From positions 5,036-69,035 of the forward strand of contig JBMNPD010000002.1 of NCBI GenBank assembly GCA_050943415.1: a stretch of 64,000 nucleotides of DNA, written 5' to 3'. Made by a program: the position numbers and the translations under genes. This DNA is from Candidatus Dojkabacteria bacterium (lineage in GTDB: Bacteria > Patescibacteriota > Dojkabacteria > SC72). Under the pieces are notes generated by a model, which saw nothing but the letters and a program-made list of their open reading frames with translations, did no database searches and was not told the DNA's origin. Below are positions 29,969 to 39,248 of this stretch, in pieces. Numbering within the stretch: position 1 is the stretch's first letter; the number at the start of each line of letters is the position of its first letter.

Positions 29969-31408
29969 CTAAATAGTATCTATCTCTTCATTCTCTACTA
30001 CATCTACTTTACAACTCCCTCCTTGATATACACCATATCCTCCATGTTCAAAGTAAGTATTCTGACATGTCAAAACATCAATATTCTCCTGTGAAGAAAT
30101 TACTAAAATATCAACATTGTAAACCTTAGCATAATTCCTAAGAGTACGATTCTTTAAATCTGTAAACAACATATCCCTAAACACATTAGCATCATTCCTG
30201 TTCTTCTCTTCAAAATAAAGATAGATTGTAGAACTCTCATCATTTCTAACATCATCATAACGGAAAGAATTAAAATCATCAGCATACATAACCTTGACCT
30301 TAACAGTATCTTTCAAAGAATCATCAACTTCATACATAACGCCATTTATATGCCCATAAGTATTAAAAAACAACTTCTCATCCATATCAAAATCAACAAC
30401 CTCTGTCTTCATCTCTACACCCTCTGGTGCTTCATCTACAAACTTCATTTTCGAAACCTCATACGAAGAAATACCTACACCGAAAGCTAATCCCAATATG
30501 GAAGCTACAAAAGCTATGAAGACACGAGTCCACTTACTTCTTCTACTTAATACAAAATTAAAACCAACATACAGAAGCATTACAACAAAAGCAATAAATG
30601 ATACTGCTAGTAATATTGGACCAAAATATGCAATACCATTAAACAACAGAACAAACAACATAGAGAGACCTACACCAGAACAGAAAAGTAAGAAAAGAAA
30701 TGGTAATAGTACAAATATTACAAAAATCTTAACAAAAAACAAAAAGACATTACCTAAAAAAGAAAGAATACCAAAATCATACCTAACAACCTTTGTCTCA
30801 GTAACAACACTCTCATTACTCACCTCTTCCTCAATCTCAACATCTTTACTTTTCTCTTTTTCTTCTTCAAACCTATCCAAAAATCTTACTTTGTAAATAT
30901 ATACAAACAAACCAACTGCAACTATGAAATATGCAACCTCTACAACTAAATGCCAAATATTTGCAAAAACAACCCCAATATTCCTACCTAAACACAGAAA
31001 GACATTTCCCCCTAGACTATCCAAAGAGCTGAAAGGTATTTTGACACATAGGATTAATAGAAATAGCACAAAAATTTCCAATAGAAACTTAAACCTACCC
31101 TTTGTTGTAAGTGCTGCGAAATTCTTAAAAGTACCTCTAAGTAAGAGATTAAAGCCATTAAGCATATCTGAAAAAGTATATTTTTTACTCTGTTCACTCC
31201 TAATCTGTGCAACATCATCTTTCATTAACTCATCAAGAGTACAATTAAAAATATCACACATCTTAAGAATCTTTTCTGTCTCAGGATACGCTGCTCCAGA
31301 CTCCCATTTAGAGACAGCTTGTCTGGATACACCTAGCTTGTAAGCAAAATCTTCCTGAGAGAGATTTGCTGACTTACGTAGATGTTCTAAATTTTTTCTA
31401 AAACTCAT
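29969..31408 (-). CDS. XRE-family HTH protein fused to a multi-TM region and an extracytoplasmic domain (membrane-bound regulator)
   Basis: N-terminal LRKSANLSQEDFAYKLGVSRQAVSKWESG is a Cro/C1-type HTH. About four TM helices. C-terminal ~200 aa soluble domain. Confidence 0.7.
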   Translation of the reverse strand: MSFRKNLEHLRKSANLSQEDFAYKLGVSRQAVSKWESGAAYPETEKILKMCDIFNCTLDELMKDDVAQIRSEQSKKYTFSDMLNGFNLLLRGTFKNFAALTTKGRFKFLLEIFVLFLLILCVKIPFSSLDSLGGNVFLCLGRNIGVVFANIWHLVVEVAYFIVAVGLFVYIYKVRFLDRFEEEKEKSKDVEIEEEVSNESVVTETKVVRYDFGILSFLGNVFLFFVKIFVIFVLLPFLFLLFCSGVGLSMLFVLLFNGIAYFGPILLAVSFIAFVVMLLYVGFNFVLSRRSKWTRVFIAFVASILGLAFGVGISSYEVSKMKFVDEAPEGVEMKTEVVDFDMDEKLFFNTYGHINGVMYEVDDSLKDTVKVKVMYADDFNSFRYDDVRNDESSTIYLYFEEKNRNDANVFRDMLFTDLKNRTLRNYAKVYNVDILVISSQENIDVLTCQNTYFEHGGYGVYQGGSCKVDVVENEEIDTI

Positions 31409-31734
31409 AACTACTAATATATATTAATTTAAATTAGCTGATTATATTCATATATCACAAACGCAACCACCAACTTACGGTTGTTTTATGACAACTACAG
31501 GTTGCATATTAGTAGAATATACCAAATTTCCAAGAAAAACACTCCTATGGCAGACCTAGGTTTAACCTAGGTTACACCTCAAACAGGAGAAAATAAACAT
31601 AAGCCAATACTCACTTTTTAAACACCAAAAAGGTTAGACCTAAGCTCAACCTAAATCCCTTTTGTAATTCCTTACTAGCTATATACTTCTGAGAGGTGGG
31701 AATAGGTCTGGCCTAGGTTTAACCCCACCCGCAT

Positions 31735-31768
31735 TTTGTCCTATAAAATTAAGAAGCATGATATAATA
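31735..31768 (+). promoter_or_regulatory. extended -10 promoter (TGATATAAT) for duplicated small gene copy 1
   Basis: CATTTTGTCCTATAAAATTAAGAAGCATGATATAAT followed by AAAAGGAGAAATAAG ATG. Confidence 0.5.
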
Positions 31769-31799
31769 ATCCCCTAGCACATTTAAAAGGAGAAATAAG

Positions 31800-32153
31800 A
31801 TGAGTAAAATTTACTTATACAAAACAACTTACGTGTCGAAACCAGAATTTTTGGCAGCTGCATACAATGCAGCTATTCTCATCGATCCTAGCTATGCTCA
31901 CTACATAATGACCAAATCAGAGGCACTCTTTCTTTTATGTCAAAAAATGTGGCGTGGTCATCCACAATACTTTGGCATCCTAAAAGGTAAACAAATTTTC
32001 CTCAACTTAGACGAAGAATGTGTTGATGTAGCAGCATACAATAAACACAATGGTAGGAGACTTGCTCAAAAGGTTCTACTCCTTTTGCAACAATCGCACC
32101 AACCTGAATCAGATGAAATACGAACGGCTCGCGATTACAACCCGTTCACTTAA
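31800..32153 (+). CDS. hypothetical small protein, paralog A (117 aa)
   Basis: Own promoter and AAGGAG RBS. Shares with paralog B: LAAAYNA/LAAFYNA, N..GxxLAQKVLxLLxQ, and an (I/E)(R/C)TAR C-terminus. Confidence 0.55.
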   Translation: MSKIYLYKTTYVSKPEFLAAAYNAAILIDPSYAHYIMTKSEALFLLCQKMWRGHPQYFGILKGKQIFLNLDEECVDVAAYNKHNGRRLAQKVLLLLQQSHQPESDEIRTARDYNPFT

Positions 32154-32291
32154 TTAATCTCTTCATGATGAGCTAGAATGCCTAGGGTAGTTATATCTAC
32201 ATGAGTTCCACTCTGTAACCCTAGACATATTTCTCTCCTTGCCAACCCATGCATAAATATAATTCAGTATCTAAATTATCATGCCATATCT

Positions 32292-32350
32292 TTGATGACA
32301 TACTCTCCTTTTACAACATGGGTATTAGAAAATGGAATATCTCAACAAAC
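32292..32350 (+). pseudogene. duplicated 5' fragment of the 7TM gene (MMTYSPFTTWVLENGISQQTLQLL…) created by the cassette duplication
   Basis: The first ~20 codons are identical to the start of the intact 33054 gene. The frame then runs into repeat-derived sequence (track ORF 32292..32501). Confidence 0.6.
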
Positions 32351-32542
32351 ATTACAGTTACTACTTAGATTAAACCTAAGTAGAACCTCAAACCAGCAGA
32401 TAAAGAGAGAAGCCTACACCCACTTTTCAAACACCAAAAAGGCTAGACCTAGGCCTAACCTAAATCCCTTTCCTAACTCCTTACTAGCTATATACTTCTG
32501 AGAAGTGGAAATAGGTCTGACCTAGGTTTAACCTCACCCGCA

Positions 32543-32576
32543 TTTTGTCCTATAACATCAAGAAGCATGATATAAT
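32543..32576 (+). promoter_or_regulatory. extended -10 promoter (TGATATAAT) for duplicated small gene copy 2
   Basis: CATTTTGTCCTATAACATCAAGAAGCATGATATAAT followed by GAAAGGAGATAAA ATG. Confidence 0.5.
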
Positions 32577-32606
32577 GATGTCCTAGCTCATTAGAAAGGA
32601 GATAAA

Positions 32607-32927
32607 ATGAGTACTATTATTTCTGGTAAACCATTCACCAGGTCCCAATTATTAGCAGCTTTTTACAATGCAACCGCTACACCTCCTGGCATTAGGAACT
32701 TCCTGATGACCGAAGAAGATGCTGATAGATACTTGTATCAGTATAGCGACTACATAGATGAAGTAGAGGGCAAAAAACTTTACATCAATCTCTTCTTTCT
32801 TGACGAGATAGATGTAACCAAATATAACGAATTCAACGGCGAGAACTTGGCACAAAAAGTTCTCAACCTCCTCGAGCAAGGGTACGCCCCTGACTCAAAG
32901 GAAATCTGTACAGCTAGAATGAGCTAG
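32607..32927 (+). CDS. hypothetical small protein, paralog B (106 aa)
   Basis: See paralog A. The 3' end merges into the conserved flank (GCTAGAATGAGCTAGAATTAGAATGCCTAGG). Confidence 0.55.
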   Translation: MSTIISGKPFTRSQLLAAFYNATATPPGIRNFLMTEEDADRYLYQYSDYIDEVEGKKLYINLFFLDEIDVTKYNEFNGENLAQKVLNLLEQGYAPDSKEICTARMS

Positions 32928-33053
32928 AATTAGAATGCCTAGGATAGTTATATCTACATGAGTTCCACTCTATAAACCCTAGGCATATTTCTCTCCTTGC
33001 CAACCCATCCATAAATAAATATAATTCAGTATCTAAATTATCATGCCATATCT

Positions 33054-33725
33054 TTGATGACATACTCTCCTTTTACAACATGGATGTTAGAAAATGGAAT
33101 ATCTCAACAAACATTACAGTTACTAGTATCCATAACAGTAATAGCCACCATAGTAAGTATATTTCGATACATCATCGGAACAAAATCATACGGCATCTAC
33201 GCACCAATAATCCTAGCAATATCCTACTCATACACAGGACTAAGATACGGACTAGCAATAACCTTCATTACCGTAGCCACCACCCTACTCTCATACACCA
33301 TGCTTAAAAAAATACGAATGCACTACATCACTAGAATAGCCATCAACTACTGCTTACTTGCCATGACAATAATCATATTCATCATGACAATAAACAAATA
33401 CGGATTAGGACTAGAAAAAGTCTCCCTCATATCACCCCTAGCCCTCATATCAATAACTGCCCTCTCAGACTTCTTCATAAAACAATTCACACAGAAATCA
33501 TTAAAAGTATCAATCTCACTCCTACTAGAAACCGTACTCATAGCAACAATCGGTTGGTACATAATCACAAGAGTTTCCATCTCTAACTACATGATTAACA
33601 ACCTCTGGATAATTCCAATCCTCATCATAATCAACCTAGTCATAGGACAATTTAAAGGATTAAGAATCAAAGAAATAATTAGATTTAAATCACTTTCAGA
33701 CGAGAAAGAAAATGTTTCTAAATAA
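33054..33725 (+). CDS. polytopic (about 7TM) membrane protein of the kind associated with alpha-L-glutamate-ligase-like ATP-grasp systems (7TM module without transglutaminase domain)
   Basis: 223 aa, 6-7 hydrophobic helices. Overlaps the downstream ATP-grasp gene by 14 nt. The classification comes from gene context, not from a sequence motif. Confidence 0.6.
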   Translation: MMTYSPFTTWMLENGISQQTLQLLVSITVIATIVSIFRYIIGTKSYGIYAPIILAISYSYTGLRYGLAITFITVATTLLSYTMLKKIRMHYITRIAINYCLLAMTIIIFIMTINKYGLGLEKVSLISPLALISITALSDFFIKQFTQKSLKVSISLLLETVLIATIGWYIITRVSISNYMINNLWIIPILIIINLVIGQFKGLRIKEIIRFKSLSDEKENVSK

Positions 33726-35160
33726 CAAATACAAAGAAATACTTGGAGTAAACAGACGAAATCAAGAATATATTCGACCATACAACTCCAACAAAGCAAA
33801 AAATATTGCTGACAACAAAATATTAACAAAAAGAATTCTTAGTAGAAATGGAATTCAAACGCCTGAAGTATACAAACTAATTAGAAACAGAAAACAATTA
33901 GAGTTTCTAAATTGGGAATCATTACCAAAAAGCTTTGTCATAAAACCAAATAAAGGAACTGGAGGTAGTGGAATAGTAATCTTCTACGGTAAGAAGAAAG
34001 GAGAACTTGCATGGATTAGACCTAATGGTGATGTAATGAGTAAGAAAGATATAACCCTTCACATAGCAAACATACTAGAAGGCAGATACTCCATGGGTAA
34101 CAAAAATGATATAGCCATAATTGAGGAACGAGTAAAAACTGACCCATTCCTAAAGCAATACTCCTACAAAGGAGTACCAGACCTTAGAATAATCTGCTTC
34201 AATGGAGTACCTGTAATGGCAATGACTAGAATCCCAACCAAAAGATCAAACGGTACTGCGAACCTACACTCAGGAGCAATATGTACAGGAATTGATATTG
34301 CAACAGGCATTACTACCTACTCTATGCAGATGAATCTTAAAAGTCCTCTAGATGATATATATGAAGATATAGAGGCCACTACAGATCTAAAAGAAAACAA
34401 AAAGTTAAGTGGAATAGCTATACCTAACTGGAATGAGATATTGGAAATAGCTTTGAAATGTCAAAAAGTAAGCAAAATTGGCTTCATAGGTGTAGATATA
34501 ACAATCGATGCAGACAAAGGACCTGTTGTATTTGAACTAAACGCTAGACCAGGACTTGGTATACAAGTTGCAAACAAAGCAGGTTTAAGATCTAGGTTAG
34601 AATTAGTTAAAGGGATTAAAGTAAAAAGCATTAAACACGGTATTAAGATTGCAAAAGATCTCTTCGGTGGAGAGATAGAGGAAAGTATCGAATCCATTAG
34701 TGGTAGAAAAGTTGTAAATATTGTAGAAAAAGTAACCATATTTAAACAGACAAATAAGAAAGAAAAAGAAGACAAATTACAACCACTCAGAGCCTTTATG
34801 GACACAGGATACATGACATCTAGAATAACAGAGACAACCGCACACAGAATGGGCTTCATCTCTACAACAAAATATTTCAATTCTTTAGATATACCTAAAA
34901 AATTCAATTCACATAAAGAGGCACAGGAATATATCGATCAGAATAACAAAATATTGACTATGGAAGAAAAAATAAAGAGAATTGCTAGAGTTGTTGATGA
35001 TGGTGATATTAAAATCCGTCCAGTCATTGACGTTACTATTAAAATTGCAGGAGAGATAAAGGATTTAGAAGTTGTAATAATGCAGGACCTAGAGTATCCT
35101 GTAATCATAGGACGTACTGATTTAAAAGGCTATTTAATTGATACAACAAATACATTTTAA
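33712..35160 (+). CDS. alpha-L-glutamate-ligase-like ATP-grasp enzyme (RimK-related, GVNRRNxEYI type) fused to a C-terminal retropepsin-like aspartic protease domain
   Basis: N-terminal ILGVNRRNQEYIRPYNSNKAKNIADNKILTKRIL...GIQTPEVY signature. ATP-grasp core (FVIKPNKGTGGSGIVIF; VVFELNARPGLG). C-terminal ~140 aa carries DTG (LRAFMDTGYMTSRI) and YPVIIGRTDLKGYLIDT. Confidence 0.75.
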   Translation: MFLNNKYKEILGVNRRNQEYIRPYNSNKAKNIADNKILTKRILSRNGIQTPEVYKLIRNRKQLEFLNWESLPKSFVIKPNKGTGGSGIVIFYGKKKGELAWIRPNGDVMSKKDITLHIANILEGRYSMGNKNDIAIIEERVKTDPFLKQYSYKGVPDLRIICFNGVPVMAMTRIPTKRSNGTANLHSGAICTGIDIATGITTYSMQMNLKSPLDDIYEDIEATTDLKENKKLSGIAIPNWNEILEIALKCQKVSKIGFIGVDITIDADKGPVVFELNARPGLGIQVANKAGLRSRLELVKGIKVKSIKHGIKIAKDLFGGEIEESIESISGRKVVNIVEKVTIFKQTNKKEKEDKLQPLRAFMDTGYMTSRITETTAHRMGFISTTKYFNSLDIPKKFNSHKEAQEYIDQNNKILTMEEKIKRIARVVDDGDIKIRPVIDVTIKIAGEIKDLEVVIMQDLEYPVIIGRTDLKGYLIDTTNTF

Positions 35161-35162
35161 TT

Positions 35163-36143
35163 ATGAAAACATACAAAGAATATCTAAAAGAATCAGGGAA
35201 CATACATCTAGCATATTATGTACAAGCAGCAGACAAGCTTGGGATTAAGTATAAGATTTTGGTTAAAGGCTTACTTGCTGAATTTAATGCAAATAACAAA
35301 TATTGGCATATAATAAATACAGCTACTCCACTAACAACAACTACATCTACAACAATATGTAAAAGAAAAAATCTAACACATTTGATTTTAAGAGAACATA
35401 ATGTACCTGTACCTATTCAACAAGATTTACTCGCACCAATAGATGCTATAAAATTCTTTGCTGAACATAAAGATATTGTCATCAAGCCAACACAACAGCT
35501 AGGAGGAAAAGGTGTTACAATACTACCTCAGAACGAGGAGCAAGTACTAAAGGCTTTTGATATAGCCCTAGAATCTTCACATTCTAAGACTACTACAAAA
35601 GTCATAGGTGAGAAGTTTGTCCATGGAGAGAACTACAGATTCTTAGTACTAGGAGATGAGGTTATAGCAGTTGCTAGAAGAAAGTCCGCCCATGTTATAG
35701 GAAATAGCAAGGACAGTATAAGAAAACTCATAGAGAACAGTAATGCACAAAGAAAAGACACTCTCCTCATGCCCATTGTCATAGATAACGAAGTAAACAT
35801 TAAGCTACAAAGAGATGGTCTAAATCTAGAAAGTGTTCCAAAAGAAGGGCAAGAAGTCATACTTCGATATAACTGCAATCTTACTACAGGCGGTACTACA
35901 GAAGAATGTATGGAGGAAGTAAATGATTACTACAAGCAAATAGCCATAAAAGCAGTAAAGGTTGTAGGTTCTAAATTTGGAGGTGTTGATATAATAGCTA
36001 AGGACATATCAAAGCCTGACGAAGTTGCTGTTAATGAGATAAACTACAATCCAGGTTTGAGATTACATTACAAAGTAGACAAAGGAAACGTGGTTGATGT
36101 TGCCTCCATCATAATGGAATACATCAGAGATAAATATATATAA
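35163..36143 (+). CDS. ATP-grasp ligase, cyanophycin-synthetase N-domain-like (326 aa)
   Basis: VIKPTQQLGGKGVTIL. ENYRFLVLGDEVIAVARRKSAHVIGNSKDSIRKLIENSNAQR parallels CphA (DYRLLVVG.K.VAA..R.PA.VIGDGK.TI.ELIE..N.DP.R). VDIIAKDISKP. Confidence 0.7.
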   Translation: MKTYKEYLKESGNIHLAYYVQAADKLGIKYKILVKGLLAEFNANNKYWHIINTATPLTTTTSTTICKRKNLTHLILREHNVPVPIQQDLLAPIDAIKFFAEHKDIVIKPTQQLGGKGVTILPQNEEQVLKAFDIALESSHSKTTTKVIGEKFVHGENYRFLVLGDEVIAVARRKSAHVIGNSKDSIRKLIENSNAQRKDTLLMPIVIDNEVNIKLQRDGLNLESVPKEGQEVILRYNCNLTTGGTTEECMEEVNDYYKQIAIKAVKVVGSKFGGVDIIAKDISKPDEVAVNEINYNPGLRLHYKVDKGNVVDVASIIMEYIRDKYI

Positions 36144-36161
36144 TTTAACACTCCAAATCCA

Positions 36162-37865
36162 ATGAAAGACACATGGGTTCTACAAGGCTTAAATTTCATT
36201 TCACCTACTTCAGTAGTAGTTATGGGAATGGAAGAAAACAAAGATGTTAAAAAACTACTTGATTTAATATCATCATATCACCCCATTTTTATAAAAAAGT
36301 ACTACTTCAAAGACTCCTATCTGTATATTGAAACACCTATACCATTTCTTTGGAGAGAAGCTAGTGAATACCTAAAGAAGCTTGCCAAACAGAAAATGTC
36401 ATATGAAGAATGTAGAGAATATATTGTAGAAGTCATCATAAAACACCGAATAAAATCTATGTCAACCATACCTATATTACATAGTGCATTAACACAAGGG
36501 TACGAGGTTACACCATATATTGTGAGCGACAAAGTTATAGCTGTTGATGATGTAGGTTATACAAAAACATTCAACCGTAGATATACCTTAGGTTGTGGAA
36601 AGAATTCCCATGTAACTTTTTCTATATCTTCTTCTAAAGACGCTGTCGTAGCAAAAACAACTCAAAGAGACAAATATATTACTAATACGATGATTTCTAA
36701 ACTTGGTCTTCCTATGCCTACAAACTATATTGTTAATGATAAAGCTGATATTAAAAAAGTTTGGAAAAAACTTAATAAACCTGTTGTTGTTAAACCAGTA
36801 GGTTTAACAGGTGGTTCAGGAGTTGTAGTAGATATTAATACAATAGAACAAGCAGAGAAAGCATTTGATTTTGCTACCAAAGGTATTAAAACAAAACAAA
36901 GGAAAGAGTGGCAAACTAAAATAATGGTACAAGAACAGGTAGAAGGTGAAGATTATAGATTACTAGTTGTAGATGAGAAATTGGAAGTTGTTACCAAAAG
37001 AATCCCTGCATTCATCGTAGGTGACGGCAAGAGTACAATCGAGGAACTAATCGAACAAACCAATGCGGATCCTAGAAGAGATATTACTAATCCAACTCAT
37101 ACTTTGAAACCCATAAAGATAGATGATCCCCTACTCGACTATCTTAAGGAACAGAAACTTTCGTTGAAAGATATTCCAGAGAAAGATGAGAAGATACAGG
37201 TAAGAAAGGTTGCAAGTATGAGTCAGGGAGGTATAACTGAGGATTTTACAGATCAGGTTAGTGCAGAGATTAAATATATTGTTGAAAGTATTGCTCAATC
37301 TATTCATGCATTTACATTAGGTGTAGATATTTTGTGTAAAGATATTAGCAAACCACTTACTCAAGACAATGGTGCTATTCTAGAGGTCAATACTATGCCA
37401 GAGGCATATCTAAATCTCTACCCTGTTTTGGGTACAAAGAGAGATTATGTAGCAGATACATATGTTAAGAAATTACTCAAGGATAATAGATGCAAAAAAA
37501 TAGTAGTTGTTGGTAATCCTGAGAAAGATATACCTACTCTTCTTAAGGACAAGTTCCTTTTCTGGTCATATCTAAAACAAGATGATGTAGTTGGAGAATA
37601 CAGAGAGGGAGAGATAAGGATAAATGGATTGGAAATAAATAATGGCTTAGAGAAATGGAAAGGTATAGAGGCACTAAAGGTTAATGCTTCTCTAGATGCA
37701 ATAGTTATTCATCATAGGAATTGGGAGGATGTACAAGCTAATGGTTTAGGTTTCAACAAGATAGACTTGTTAATAGTTACTAAAGATATGAGAAAAGATG
37801 ATAGATTTAAGCAAATGATTAAATATAGGTTAAGTGGTTATATATCTAGAATAAGGGTAATCTAA
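36162..37865 (+). CDS. ATP-grasp ligase, cyanophycin-synthetase N-domain-like (567 aa, extra N- and C-terminal regions, no Mur-ligase domain)
   Basis: VVKPVGLTGGSGVVV. DYRLLVVDEKLEVVTKRIPAFIVGDGKSTIEELIEQTNADPRRDITNP is the CphA hallmark. GVDILCKDISKPL. EVNTMPEAYLN. Confidence 0.75.
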   Translation: MKDTWVLQGLNFISPTSVVVMGMEENKDVKKLLDLISSYHPIFIKKYYFKDSYLYIETPIPFLWREASEYLKKLAKQKMSYEECREYIVEVIIKHRIKSMSTIPILHSALTQGYEVTPYIVSDKVIAVDDVGYTKTFNRRYTLGCGKNSHVTFSISSSKDAVVAKTTQRDKYITNTMISKLGLPMPTNYIVNDKADIKKVWKKLNKPVVVKPVGLTGGSGVVVDINTIEQAEKAFDFATKGIKTKQRKEWQTKIMVQEQVEGEDYRLLVVDEKLEVVTKRIPAFIVGDGKSTIEELIEQTNADPRRDITNPTHTLKPIKIDDPLLDYLKEQKLSLKDIPEKDEKIQVRKVASMSQGGITEDFTDQVSAEIKYIVESIAQSIHAFTLGVDILCKDISKPLTQDNGAILEVNTMPEAYLNLYPVLGTKRDYVADTYVKKLLKDNRCKKIVVVGNPEKDIPTLLKDKFLFWSYLKQDDVVGEYREGEIRINGLEINNGLEKWKGIEALKVNASLDAIVIHHRNWEDVQANGLGFNKIDLLIVTKDMRKDDRFKQMIKYRLSGYISRIRVI

Positions 37866-37977
37866 TACCCTACTCACCAAATTAAGTCAAATTTGGTGAA
37901 TGACACTCACTAGATTTGTGTGAATATGGGGAATGGGTTTGTTGTTTTTTAAAGGAGAGATTTTATAAAAGAAACAT

Positions 37978-38029
37978 CCTAGTGCCTGAGATTTATGAGG
38001 GAATAATCCACTCTACTCAGGACACTAGG
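37978..38029. terminator. long inverted-repeat hairpin (copy 0): bidirectional terminator between the ATP-grasp operon and small gene 1
   Basis: CCTAGTGCCTGAG...CTCAGGACACTAGG around a ~26-nt loop GGGAATAATCCACTCTA. Same family as the hairpins at 38470..38525 and 39021..39075. Confidence 0.5.
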
Positions 38030-38041
38030 TCCACATTAAAA

Positions 38042-38290
38042 TTATTTCTTATCCTTAATCTTTTCTATAAAGAAGATTACTGATACTCCATAATATAGCC
38101 ACCCTACTATGCTTACAAACACATATAGGAATTTAATTGGTAATAAGTCGGCTAGTAGGATTGTAAATGGTCCAACTAGCATTGCAGATGAATACTCATA
38201 TTTCTCGAAATCCTTTCTCCATAAATAATATGATCTAACAACTAAACCAATAATTATACTAAGTAGACAAAACCAACGATGAAAACTCAT
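38042..38290 (-). CDS. small membrane protein 1 (82 aa, 2-3 TM)
   Basis: Consensus promoter TTGTCA-17-(TG)TACAAT upstream at 38345..38378 and RBS AAGGAGAAACAG ATG. A terminator hairpin lies downstream. Confidence 0.5.
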   Translation of the reverse strand: MSFHRWFCLLSIIIGLVVRSYYLWRKDFEKYEYSSAMLVGPFTILLADLLPIKFLYVFVSIVGWLYYGVSVIFFIEKIKDKK

Positions 38291-38329
38291 CTGTTTCTCC
38301 TTTTCTTTTTAATTCCTCTAAAGAAATTT

Positions 38330-38530
38330 TTAATGCGCTACACTACATTGTACCAATTTTTGCCTCACTTGACAATACTATAGGTCGGGATACTTCTAAT
38401 ATAATAAAACTCCTCTTCACAAGTAAATAACAAAAAAGAAAAGTTAAAACCATATATACAAAAATAATAATCTAGCGCCTGAGATTCTGGGGAATAATCC
38501 ACCCTATATATCTCAGGCACTAGATCCATG
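38330..38530 (-). repeat. conserved ~200-bp non-coding module (terminator hairpin + spacer + near-consensus promoter), copy 1 of 2 full copies
   Basis: About 85% identical to 38880..39085. Shared pieces: CTCCTCTTCACAAGTAAA…AAAAGAAAAGTTAAAACCATATATACAAAAA…TAATAATCTAGCGCCTGAGATTCTG(G/A)GG…ATATATCTCAG…, and the promoter core TACCAATTTTTGCC(T/C)CACTT(G/A)ACAA. Confidence 0.7.
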
Positions 38531-38533
38531 CAA

Positions 38534-38833
38534 TCAAGATTTTAAGGATTTAATTTTATTTCTTAGAAGAGACAAATTCTTTCTGCAGTTCAAAAAGGAT
38601 TTCTTTAATGAGGACCATTCGTCCTTACAATAATAACCGATATTTACACATAAGATTGCCCAAACAACCCATTTATTGCTTATACCCTCCAATCCGTCAG
38701 AGAATACTGCAATAAACAGTGTTGATAAGAACATGACATTTCTCCTGATATGTTGATCATTCTTTAAATCCATATAACACAAACAAGAGAAATAAAAACC
38801 TACAACACCTAATAATATAAACCCTGTCCACAT
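38534..38833 (-). CDS. small membrane protein 2 (99 aa, Cys-rich, about 3 TM)
   Basis: Promoter TTGTTA-17-(TG)TATAAT at 38891..38925. RBS AAAGGAGAATGTT ATG. A terminator hairpin lies downstream. Confidence 0.5.
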   Translation of the reverse strand: MWTGFILLGVVGFYFSCLCYMDLKNDQHIRRNVMFLSTLFIAVFSDGLEGISNKWVVWAILCVNIGYYCKDEWSSLKKSFLNCRKNLSLLRNKIKSLKS

Positions 38834-38879
38834 AACATTCTCCTTTATTTTTCGATCCTATCCTAAAAAATCTTGATTT

Positions 38880-39085
38880 TGAAAGTACGACTGTACATTA
38901 TACCAATTTTTGCCCCACTTAACAACGCTATAGGATAACACACTTCTAATATAATAAAACTCCTCTTCACAAGTAAAAACAAAAAAGAAAAGTTAAAACC
39001 ATATATACAAAAAAATAATAATCTAGCGCCTGAGATTCTGAGGGATAACCACTCTATATATCTCAGACACCAGATCTCCGTACAA
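38880..39085 (-). repeat. conserved ~200-bp non-coding module (terminator hairpin + spacer + promoter), copy 2
   Basis: See 38330..38530. Confidence 0.7.
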
Positions 39086-39086
39086 A

Positions 39087-39248
39087 TTAAAAGGTGGAGT
39101 TTAACAACTCCTTAATACCTTTAATTTCTTCTCTCGCAAGAGAGAGGTAGGTTTCCAATTCTTGCAACATCTTACACCTCTTTCTTACTGCGTAAACTAC
39201 TACTAATGCTACTCCCAGAGCAGCAAAGACAAAAAGTATTGCATACAT
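39087..39248 (-). CDS. small membrane-anchored protein 3 (53 aa, 1 TM + amphipathic tail)
   Basis: MYAILFVFAALGVALVVVYAVRKRCKMLQELETYLSLAREEIKGIKELLNSTF. Own promoter (TGATATAAT) and RBS AAGAAAGAGG. Followed by the conserved hairpin. Below the 60-aa ORF-track cutoff. Confidence 0.35.
   Translation of the reverse strand: MYAILFVFAALGVALVVVYAVRKRCKMLQELETYLSLAREEIKGIKELLNSTF

Larger units (their letters stand above)
31564..33125 (+). repeat. tandem duplication (2 units of ~0.8 kb): conserved 5' flank/promoter + diverged small ORF + conserved 3' flank that contains the 5' end of the 7TM gene
   Basis: Unit 1 is about 31564..32365 and unit 2 about 32374..33125. The flanks are near-identical. Shared pieces: AACCTAGGTTACACCTCAAAC vs AACCTAAGTAGAACCTCAAAC; CAAACACCAAAAAGG(T/C)TAGACCTAG; TTACTAGCTATATACTTCTGAGA; CATTTTGTCCTATAA...AAGAAGCATGATATAAT; GAGCTAGAATGCCTAGG...CATTACAGTTACTA. 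The ORF bodies are highly diverged. Confidence 0.8.

Noticed and set aside
30498-31343. Plus-strand ORFs (132 and 139 aa) inside the XRE-TM regulator gene
   Set aside because: Antisense to a gene with a clear HTH domain. Translations are low complexity.
31800-32927. Barstar-like (RNase inhibitor) assignment for the two duplicated small proteins, from FNGENLAQKVL resembling the barstar YGENLDALWDCL motif
   Set aside because: The motif sits near the C-terminus rather than around residue 30 as in barstar. No adjacent RNase toxin is present. The similarity is too short to support a call.
31409-33125. Repeat-rich region that could superficially suggest a CRISPR array
   Set aside because: The repeats are about 0.8 kb long, contain promoters and protein-coding ORFs, and come as two tandem units. 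No short regularly spaced direct repeats with unique spacers are present anywhere in the window, and no cas genes are seen.
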